A DNA stretch of 64,000 bases from assembly GCF_963853765.1 (NCBI RefSeq), contig NC_088856.1:1116001-1180000 (forward strand), in the 5' to 3' direction. Below are positions 52,201 through 59,680 of the stretch, piece by piece (the first letter of the stretch is position 1; every line of letters begins with the position of its first letter). Under the pieces are notes generated by a model that was not told the DNA's origin, searched no databases, and saw nothing but the letters and a program-made list of their open reading frames with translations. The position numbers and the translations under genes were made by a program. The stretch is from Magallana gigas (taxonomy: Eukaryota).

Positions 52201-54957
52201 AAATATCTGAGTCCTCTCTCAGCTGTTGTGTTGTATTTTGTTCATTTTGAGCTGGTTTTTTGTTGTTTTTCTGTTTTTGTTGTTGATTTTTTTGTTGTTC
52301 ACCAAACTCTACAAGTCCTCTCTCAGCTGGTTGTGTTGTATGATGTATGTTGTTGTTGGTTTTGTTTATGTTATGATGTTGTTGTTTCAAGTGTTATTGT
52401 TGTATGTGTTGTAGACTTACCTATCTGAGTCCTCGGCCAGCTGGTTGTGTTGTAAAATGGCATCACTCACACACTCCTCATAGGCCCGCATCTGACTCTC
52501 ACTGCAAATAACAATAGAGGTCAAAGCTGACATACTTGTTTTATCACAAAAGAGAACTGGACAGAAGCCCACAACCTTCAGGTTTTACACACTTAAAAAC
52601 TGAATGCTAATCAATTATTTTGAAAATTTGATGTTTCTTGATACCTTTCATGTAGTGCTTTTGATCAATAAGAACAAATTCAGATATCCGTTGATGATTT
52701 TACTCCATCAGGACAACAATCATCATAGATAGATAGTCTCCCTTGTCTACTGCATGCTTTTTTAAAAACTTTTTCACAACCACTTTATTTCCTTCCCATT
52801 CATCAACATTTTCAATGACTGCATTTGAAATGGGTTTGGTTAAAGATGGTAAATCATACATGTAGGCTGTAATGGAGTTACTTTTTCAGTACCACTGGAT
52901 GAAAGTCACATGGATGACTATAACCCTGGATACTCACAGTGTGTATGTACATTTATTAGAGTCTGTTTTAATTTAAGATTAGCTATATGTACTTAATCTA
53001 CTTTCGTTTTCATATCCAATCCTTGGCATTTCCACCATAAATTGTTTCTCTATATGAGAACTTTGATCTTAAAATACCAGTTCTACAGGATAAGAGAACT
53101 AATCCTGACCTTTTGACTGTGGTGAGGCAGATTATCCTCCCTTTGTTCTGAAGCAGGTCCTGGTCCTCCTCTTGTTGGAGGGGGGTGGGGTCACACAGCA
53201 CTTGTACAGCCTGGGTCAGGCCCCGGATCACATTCTCATCCTCCTTGGCTTTCGGCCCTGGGGGTCCCACCTGACCCAAGGCCAACATCACCTGTCAACA
53301 CATAAAAACATCACATTTTTGTCAACACATAATAACATCACATTTTGAAAATTCACTATGTCACGAGCAAGTGAATTAGCACTTCATGATAAACATTTTT
53401 GTAAGAAGTTAGTCTTACTTCCAACGAAGTAATACACTTAAAAAAACAATGAGCTATTTAAACAACTTTAATTTTTATAAATAAATTATACGTTAATAGG
53501 TGTGATAAATCGATCAAATTTCAATCCATTTAAAGTAATATCTTCATCACGCCATTGGGCATTCCAATTTAATACCTCAAATAATCAATCTGAAACCCTT
53601 GCTTGTTTCTGTGTTCTATAATTTAGAGATAAATGTAAGAACTTTGATTAGAATTACAATCTGCCATGGCTGTCAATCTGTCAACCTGGTCCACATTTAT
53701 CAGCATGCATTCTGTTAAAATGAACAAACTATAGAAGCACTTAGTGACACCCTAGTGAGACGGGGTGTGATTTCTAACTTAGCTCTGGTTATTGGTACAT
53801 GTGCAACCCTTCATTCACATTGGTACACTGCTCGGTTTGAACCCAGGTTCACAGTCCCAGTCCCAATCGGTAGTGCCCTCTATTACATTTATTGTTCACA
53901 ATGATTGATGGTTCATTGTTGTATATGTCATTTATTCATTACCTGCTGTATATTTTGGTCTTTCTGCTGCCATTCATTTAAAGTCTCATCTCCAACTACC
54001 ACTCTTATCTAATAAAAACAAACGGTCAGGTAAATTGTTACATTGAATGCATTGTGTATGTGGATATAGCTCTTTTAGGTTAAATGTCTTGCTTATACCT
54101 GTCAGTCAGGTGCACACACAAGTGTATGCATGTACTTGGTAATATTATAAATGTAAAACAATTCTTTTTCTATATAAAGTTCGCTCACTGGGTCCTGCAC
54201 TGTTTATTTGACAATCACATTCATGCAAAGAGGGACAACTCTTCACATTTTGAATTGCGACTGAGAAGCCATGGAAAGTATCCTATATGATTAATTTTGA
54301 ACACATGAAAAGATTTGAAAGATCTCTCTTCAAATGAACTTTCAAAACAACATTAAAGACAGAATAGTCACTTGACGGTAAGAAAAGACTGAAATCTTTA
54401 TTAAAGCCAATGAAATAAAATCTAATTCAAGATGTAAAACTGAATTCTTCTAAAGTTACAAGTATACAGACAAATCTATTGTTTTTGTAAGCTTTACTCA
54501 TAATCTTTTAGTCTAAAAAGATGAACCTCAACAGTTTTTATAACATTTCATATTGAGAGAATTTGATGTTAACATTCATTTAAGAAAACAGGCACTGATT
54601 TGGAAGTATGCATAATTATTAAATCCATTTTGAACTACACATTAAGTCAGTTAATAATTATTTGATTTATAATTTCTTTTAACATTTTTGATGCTCTTGA
54701 GAACCTTTTTATTCAGTCTTAGATTTCACACCTACCGTTCGTTTGGCAGGAAATATATCAAACACAATTTGCATGTACTCAATCATGGTCTCAACGTTAC
54801 AAGTCCACATCGACTTCGTGATCGGTGCAGCAGGGATAATTCCGGGTGTTTTGGTCTTAGACATGACGTCATATTCAATACTCTGTTTACAGGACCGCGC
54901 GAACAGCGGACCTCTGTCCAGGACAAACACTGTTTTGTGTTCCACTGGATACGACAT
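6561..54957 (-). CDS. INTS13: Integrator complex subunit 13 (asunder/ASUN), about 686 aa, 17 coding exons
   Basis: Minus-strand exons 54957-54736, 54008-53943, 53291-53110, 52501-52421, 19633-19543, 18213-18085, 17834-17750, 17384-17292, 17048-16959, 16661-16483, 16057-15973, 15746-15670, 9567-9410, 8985-8779, 8628-8516, 7293-7146, 6615-6561. Phases are consistent. Peptides [61 protein letters not shown] and [13 protein letters not shown] match INTS13 as I recall it. The last exon is less certain (an unspliced form stops at 7142). AATAAA on the minus strand at 6404-6399. Confidence 0.95.
7636..8478. repeat. 21-bp minisatellite (TAGATACATCTAGACACCCTA), about 40 units, in INTS13 intron 15
   Basis: Direct reading. 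It explains the repetitive ORFs at 7510-8386. Confidence 0.95.
9667..14796 (-). mobile_element. Non-autonomous Helentron/pearl-type element carrying a satellite array
   Basis: Palindrome GGCCCATGGGCC (9674-9685). Subterminal inverted repeat GCTCACCTGA (9691-9700) / TCAGGTGAGC (14781-14790). Terminal stem-loop at 14761-14791, (ACGG)n microsatellite at about 14697-14742, central tandem core and A/T-rich flanks. This is the architecture described for bivalve Helentron-associated elements. Confidence 0.85.
11071..14530. repeat. 165-167-bp satellite, about 21 homogeneous units (about 8 older diverged units at 9750-11070); probably Cg170/HindIII family
   Basis: Unit starts at 11071, 11237, 11403, 11568, 11734, 11900, 12067 and onward. 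Most units carry AAGCTT. The family name is inferred from length, the HindIII site and the Helentron context, not from an alignment. Confidence 0.9.
14812..15197. mobile_element. MITE with TACTGT...ACAGTA-type TIRs; left TIR interrupted by a second MITE
   Basis: Left TACTATAAACGTATTA[insert]TTTGGC versus the reverse complement of the right end, TACTGTAAACGTATTACATTTGGC. Confidence 0.7.
14830..15003. mobile_element. Tc1/mariner-type MITE, 174 bp, TA target duplication
   Basis: TIRs CAGTAAAACACGCTTATAACGAA / TTCGCTATAACCGTGTTTTACTG, with TA on both sides. Confidence 0.85.
18783..19490. repeat. 23-bp G-rich minisatellite (CGGGGATGTTGGTGGTACTATTG), about 31 units, in INTS13 intron 5
   Basis: Direct reading. 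It explains the repetitive ORFs at 18677-19565. Confidence 0.95.
21706..21893. mobile_element. Diverged copy of the 14830 mariner-type MITE
   Basis: TA flanks, shared right half ...TTCACTTCGCTGTAAGC...AACCGTGTTTTACTG, degenerate left TIR and an internal 18-bp tandem duplication. Confidence 0.75.
26150..26369 (+). other. Candidate non-coding first exon of FaNaC (5' boundary approximate)
   Basis: A GC-richer unique block ends in a strong donor, AAG|GTGAGA at 26369/26370, then switches abruptly to AT-rich sequence. FaNaC has an acceptor at 42554 that needs an upstream exon. Inference only. Confidence 0.3.
27418..27492. repeat. (CT)n microsatellite
   Basis: Direct reading. Confidence 0.95.
29304..29772. 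mobile_element. Degenerate TTAA-flanked (Kolobok-like) non-autonomous element
   Basis: TTAA + AGGGGCATGGTCACAATTTTG at the left and TTTGACCAAAATCGTGAC at the right (outer tip lost). It has an internal inverted repeat around TGTAAACAA/TTGTTTACA, like the 56634 element. Confidence 0.55.
30420..30585. mobile_element. Remnant right arm of a mariner-type MITE
   Basis: TTCGCTATATCCG/TTCGTTATAACCG motifs and the terminus GTTTTACTG+TA. The left end was not identified. Confidence 0.35.
31833..32164. mobile_element. TTAA-flanked TIR element (Kolobok-like), 332 bp, with an internal tRNA-like segment
   Basis: TTAA at 31829-31832 and 32165-32168. TIRs GGTACCTCACTACACC / GGTGTAGTGAGCCACC (14/16). Internal GTCGTAGCTCAGTGGTTAAAG resembles a tRNA 5' arm and A box. 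Confidence 0.75.
37149..37323. mobile_element. Tc1/mariner-type MITE, 175 bp
   Basis: TA + CAGTCAAACTTCGTTATCTCGAAC ... GTTCGAGATATCGAAGTTTAACTG; the right TA is mutated. Confidence 0.8.
39428..39641. mobile_element. Degenerate MITE of the TACTGT...AGTA type
   Basis: TACTGT start, several CTCGCG/CGCGAG motifs and an ...AATCTAAAGTA end. The TIRs are only partly matched. Confidence 0.35.
40241..40280. repeat. (CT)n microsatellite
   Basis: Direct reading. Confidence 0.95.
42574..44451 (+). CDS. FaNaC: FMRFamide-gated, amiloride-sensitive sodium channel (DEG/ENaC family), 625 aa, uninterrupted CDS
   Basis: A polypyrimidine-TAG acceptor at 42554 precedes the ATG at 42574. Motifs [16 protein letters not shown]1, [43 protein letters not shown] and [13 protein letters not shown] (TM2) closely follow gastropod FaNaC as I recall it. 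AATAAA at 44660-44665. Confidence 0.93.
   Translation: MKFSPVGKFNYFHDHLKMPPNDTHARKKNRKSAMAIVQELGSESNAHGLAKIAMSRKTKRKVMWSLLVIIGFTAAAIHLSFLVIKYLQYNVVEVSEMKDGMPVEFPSVTICNTQALSLTKLKDRMNETPDINNWFQFISNANFGEHFSRVESVQGFYENLFQEAKNVGHEINDTLLHCRFNQRPCHPHNFTRYFNGKNYYNCYTFNSKMGDHNMQYMHTTGPQHGLSIVMALDNDDPPLGAYGLYNQESNIEHTAGLRVQVHAPQTMPSPMDHGFDIPPGYSSSVGLKAVMNSRKPYPYGNCTYDRLKRYPKYRNTIFSCFQLCKQEIVIRECKCRTSGLPSTPEQKNLSYCGTFHHWQNLFQQLSKSGSFNRTHLYNQKLDCEVKVLHRLSNDRSYEVGCGCFQPCQETSYQKSISLSYWPLEFNQYNALQTFYGILEDSNRINNSFMSEAYYNLHEIIKKYEPLAQNMTGENAEQLLHADIPMDERRKQARATQLIHQNLLRLNVYLEDLSVIEFKQMADYDIADLLSDIGGTLGLWMGISILTIMELVELAIRLVAILFKSENRYPDHMDDHSSANGILEHSTERAIYPQDTYDPYTQPEFQSFEKNDYGRTTNDLPPDSPI
45141..45728. mobile_element. 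Non-autonomous TIR element with an internal inverted repeat
   Basis: GACAAAGGACTATGTGCAGT / ACCGCACATAGTCCCTTGTC (18/20). Internal GAGCGCAGGCTTGCTCAAGTAC / GTACTTGAGCAGACCTGCGCTC. Superfamily not determined. Confidence 0.7.
46192..46560. mobile_element. Hairpin-headed non-autonomous element (141-bp near-perfect palindrome plus about 230-bp tail)
   Basis: 64-bp arms at 46192-46332, with a tail ending ...AACCAATCAGATTTCAGTATTTAACATGAAAGTATAACAA. It resembles invertebrate repeats often labelled Crypton-like, but the class is uncertain. Confidence 0.7.
51086..51990. mobile_element. 905-bp TIR element, 26-bp TIRs, apparent TTGT target duplication
   Basis: ATCGCGGCTATGTTAAGGCTGTCCGA / TCGGGCAGCCTTAACATAGCCGCGAT (25/26), with TTGT on both sides. 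No transposase ORF. Confidence 0.8.
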
Positions 54958-54959
54958 TT

Positions 54960-55512
54960 CTGAGGTTTAAACTTTAAATCTAATGAAAATAAAATAAAAT
55001 TCATCATATTATATGATAACATTTCAATGACTGAGTTATTCCTTACATTACATGATGCATTTATTAATTTAAATTTAACAGTCTAAAAGAGACATTGAAT
55101 CTAAATACATGTGTAATTAAACATAACGTATGAACAATGGGGTAAAAAAAAAAATAGAGGCAATTCGAAATAATTTGACAGGCAAAACGATGATTCACAA
55201 AATAATGCAAACCAAAAATAACAACACTCACGAGATAATAACTACCATAAAAGTTGAATACTATAATGGTAATGAATTTCTCTTCATATCCATGCCGATA
55301 AACGTTTTCTATTTGTTAACATCAGAAACAAGTGCGCGCTGCCATTTTAAAACTGCCCGGATATAATAACAAACATTTACTCAGGGCCTGCAATATTTCA
55401 AAGATTTTTCTCTAAAAAAATATTTGTGTATATTAATGTATTCCTTATATCACAAAACATTAAAATTATCTACTCTATATTTTTTTTTACCTTCAATTTC
55501 TCAACTGTTGCC
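54960..55512. promoter_or_regulatory. Probable bidirectional promoter region of INTS13 and EFCAB10
   Basis: Start codons are 556 bp apart and divergent. INTS13 has an acceptor at 54960, so its first exon must lie upstream. A YY1-like GCCATTTT sits at 55341-55348 next to GCGCGC. Confidence 0.55.
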
Positions 55513-58500
55513 ATGACAATTAAGTCATCAAAGATGTCGTCCACAGCAAGTACGGTTGGTCGTGATGTCGAAGCGAGGGAATACCTCGAACAACATCGAG
55601 TGTTGGAGCTTTTCAATAACATGACTTCACAACTCATATACAACAGACCAGGTACGTATCTTTTCTTTGATTAGGAAAAAAAAAGGATGGCTATTTAAGA
55701 TAAAGCAAGAGATTTTCAACTGCCATTGTAAAAATTTCAGAAAACCCAAAGAAGTATATGATTGATTTACTCGAGAAACTGCAGCGATCCCGAGCTACTA
55801 AACACGACTACCCCTGTCTGTTTGACGACACAAATATCCAGTCTGTGTACAACATGCTGGACCCCACAAACCGGGGATTTATCACACTACAACAGTACAA
55901 AGAAGGTAAAAATGTTGAATATGTGGCTGACTGTGTAATGATATCTACATGTTTTGTGTTTGAATTTATCGTACTACAGTTACTTTAGAATATCTGACAT
56001 TTTCTTGGCTCTTTCTAATGATTTGGATATTTAAAGTGCAAAGTATAATATCAAAGAAAAAGTCTGGGAAACGTCGGATATTTGGACAACCTCATTATTA
56101 GAGGGTGTATCCATATCTGTGATTTCATTTATGAAATAAAGTACAAGTTTTTGTGAATGTTGCAGAATTACCTCCGAGGTCGAGAAATGTTGTTTTGAAA
56201 TATAAAAGCCGAGGCGTTAGCTGATCGAGGCTTTTAATTATATTTCAAACAACATTTCGAGACCGAGGAGGTTATCCTGCAACATTCACAAAAACAAGAA
56301 CTTTATTTCTATTCTACTAACAGTCCAGTATTTCTACAGATCGATTATCCTATACAGAGACGATCTAGGTCATTTTGATGGCTGTTCTATATAACCCCAA
56401 CAGTTTTGTTAGGAATGTTTACATGTGTATTGATCAAAGGAATGATTATCACATGCAGACGACAGAATTTTTCTTTGGATTTTTAATACTCTTCACTTAT
56501 TTATAAAATATCTTTGAATCATATTCCTAATATTCTAAGGGCAATTTCATACGATTATTACTACAATACGTTATATATTTTATGTAAAAACACATAGTGA
56601 AAATGTGCTAGGGAAGCCGCATTGATCTCTTAAAGGGACTTGGACACGATTTGACTTAAAATTTTCAAATTTTATTTTTCCATTTTTAATGTTTATACTG
56701 ATAAATATAGAAGATTATATAATGCTATGTCAAAATTTGAAAGTCAAATATCAAGTTATACGCAAGATACAGAGTTAATAATTCTTTGTTTTGTAAACAA
56801 ACTCGAATATTGTCATTTTTTACATATGTGTTGTATTGGTGTAATTTCAATCACATGTATCTTTCTTTTGTTGATAATTGTATTTATGAAGATACTGAAT
56901 TGGTTTAATTAGTTTTTACTTGTCATTTTGTCGAAGAAATGGTAATTCTCTACATTACATTTTTTGTAAACAACTATAAGACTCGAGCTTTGTTTACATA
57001 ACAACTGTTTCTTACGTCTGTATCTCACTTGTAGGTTGACTTTAACATTCAATATTTTGGTCAATCATTTAAAATGCACCAGTAAAGGATTTCATACATA
57101 AAAAATAAAAATAAAATTTTTGATCTTAAATCGTGTCCAAGTCCCTTTAAAAATAAACATTTGAGGCGATACACATCGTTTTGACAGGAACTAACACGTG
57201 AAATTGAAATGGTTTTTAAACTTTTTAAGGTTTGAAGTTGTTCTTTCATTATCATTGCGAGACAAATAGGTATTTCTGATCTAATAATTTACTGATGACG
57301 TTCGTGGTATATTGGAGAGTAATGTCCGCGGCATCTCTTTGATCTCGGCAATAACTGTAGTAGAATTATGAATAAATTCTAATATATGAACAGTACGTGC
57401 TACCTTTTTAGCAAGCATACCGGTAATTTGAAAATGTCTGCATGAATTGATTAGACCCATTTCATTCCCTGTGCCACTTAGCTAAGTTGAAGAGCACCTA
57501 ACTAAAGATTCAAGCATCTTCCCTAGCCAAGGATTTCAATCATGGAGCGGTGCAGGATGGAAACTCTGCTCTCCTCCTACAAGAATAGCCCCCGTAATGA
57601 AAACCCTTGGCTAGCAAAGATAGATAAGGGGCTTTGGTTGAATATTACACATCTGGCCCCAAGATCAGAAAGCAGTTTATGAACTCTGTATCTTGCTTTT
57701 AACTTGATATTTGACTTTCAAATTTTGACATAGCATTAAAAACTTCTATATTTATCAGAATAAACATTGAAAATGGAAAAATAAAATTTGAAAATTTTAA
57801 GTCAAATCGTGTCCAAGTCCCTTTAATCTTTTATCTCCAACTAATGCCATATTAGCTGTCGATATCTATTGTTACGCTCATTGCTACACACCAAAAATTA
57901 AGTCTTGCTTCCATCATGAAATGATCATCTGATTATATTTTTTTTCTGTTGACAGCTATGGATACTCTAGGAATTAGCCCAGTCAATGAAAAAGTTGAAG
58001 GTGCAAGCGAAGACAAAATCAACTTCGATACATTCCTCTCTCAAGCGTAAGTTGTCTTCATCCACAGCCCGTCAAATGAAGGGGTTGTTACAGTTTCAAA
58101 AATTTGTTGATTTAGAAACAATTTTCAATGTTTATCCCTATCATTTGCACTCTGTGCATACTACACAAACACTACATGTACTTACTTTTATAACACCATA
58201 AATTAAACAGCCAAATGCTGTGATTAAAAGTTAAAAGTCATTGAATTGTAAACTAAAAAAGTAAGACATGGTACATGTATATGTATTCATTGAAATGATT
58301 TTTAACATGGGAATTTAAGTAAGGGTAGATAACAAAAATAATTGCCTGTGTTGTGTATTGGAAAAGAAAGGTCAAGTCAAAACATTTTAACTGTAATGGT
58401 AGTACATTTTTCCTACAGTGCAATAATGATTATAGCATGTTTTAAAGAGGGAAATTTCCCGTCAAATTCATTTTTACTGAGGTGGATTACTGTTTGCAAT

Positions 58501-58734
58501 TTTTCCAATAAAACTCATGTAAAAACAAGGGAAAATACCAGAAATATCAATTACAATCACTCAAGACACACAAAAGAAACTCAACACAAGGAAAAATAAA
58601 GATGACTTAATTAAATTCTACTGCTTCTGCATGGAGACTGAAATGTTGTGAGATTACCAGGGGTATATGTTATCTTCTCTCTTTTCAGGAGGTCTGGTCT
58701 AAGTAAAGCATCAGCAACATTCCAAGCATCATAA
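55513..58734 (+). CDS. EFCAB10: EF-hand calcium-binding domain-containing protein 10, 146 aa (139 aa from the second ATG at 55534)
   Basis: Exons 55513-55651, 55741-55905, 57956-58046, 58689-58734 (441 nt, phases consistent). The N-terminus has a docking-like EYLEQHRVLELFNNMTSQLIYNRPENP, followed by an EF-hand-like LDPTNRGFITLQQY. Confidence 0.85.
56133..56309. mobile_element. Long imperfect palindrome of a hairpin-type non-autonomous element
   Basis: About 80-bp arms GAAATAAAGT...AAAAGCCGAGGC / CGAGGCTTTT...ACTTTATTTC. Confidence 0.7.
56634..57146. mobile_element. TTAA-flanked TIR element (Kolobok-like), 513 bp
   Basis: TTAA at 56630-56633 and 57147-57150. TIRs AGGGACTTGGACACGATTT / AAATCGTGTCCAAGTCCCT. 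Confidence 0.85.
57680..57822. mobile_element. Truncated, inverted second copy of the 56634 element
   Basis: Reverse complement of about 56634-56780, ending GTCCAAGTCCCT + TTAA. Confidence 0.8.
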
Positions 58735-59680
58735 GGACACTAGAAGTTCATATTGTAAATACTGTATAAACTCATCCATACCTACTTCCCTGTTGATATG
58801 TTCATAATTTTACGATATTTGAATAAATCATCTAATTGTTGTACAGCATCCTTTTTTTCATTGTCTCTCTTTCACCATCAAATGATTCTCAAGGACCAGA
58901 AAATGGAAAGTCCTATTCAAATACAAATGTATTCTTAATATTTACTGGGTCACAAGTCATGAATGATTTTCATAGCTACCTTAACTGAATATAAAATGTT
59001 AGAGTATTACAGGTATATAATATGGTTTCTCATCAAACTATATTTTAGGGGTTTTTTTCTTGACTGGGGGGGGGGGGGGGTTATGTGATAGCAGCTTTCT
59101 AATTGTATGCTGGAAACATCTCTTGATCTCTCGAGATCTCTCTCTCTCTCATTGAAAACACAGAAAATAAAGTTACAACATTTTTATATAAATAATCTGT
59201 CATCATAACTCTACCCTGTAAATAGCTGAATAAACCATCAAGCAAATGGCTGGATTTAAATTGGACGCAGTGGAAGTAAGCAATGACAAGCACATACATG
59301 TACAGCTGTGGAAGAAACAGAAAACATGTACAATTCAGTAGATAACGTAGATATAGATTCACACAGAATATTCAAAAGTATATTGCACAATTTGTCTCTC
59401 AAATGCTCCCAGAATTCCTCCAATCAGCCTTCAAGAAGTCTTCTAGCATACCATTCTTGTATATCACATTGGCCGCAATTGTCAGAGCCTCACTTTGGAC
59501 CAAAAAAAAGGTCAATGTCTGTTAGTCACTAAATGCATAGACTGTTGTCGAATCCTTCAGTCCTAGGATATGCCGCCCGGAGCAAGGACAGTCACAGACA
59601 ACACAGAAGAGATTTTCTGAAGCAGACATCACTGGTTATCACTCTCTCATTGACAACATTCCAGTTGTTTCCTGTGGTTG

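Noticed and set aside
52199-52428. Hydrophobic or Q/N-rich short ORFs
   Set aside because: By-products of the GTT-rich exon-4 echo tract.
57519-57618. Short inverted repeat CTAGCCAAGG/CCTTGGCTAG as a miRNA-like hairpin
   Set aside because: The stem is only about 15-20 bp with a large unpaired interior.
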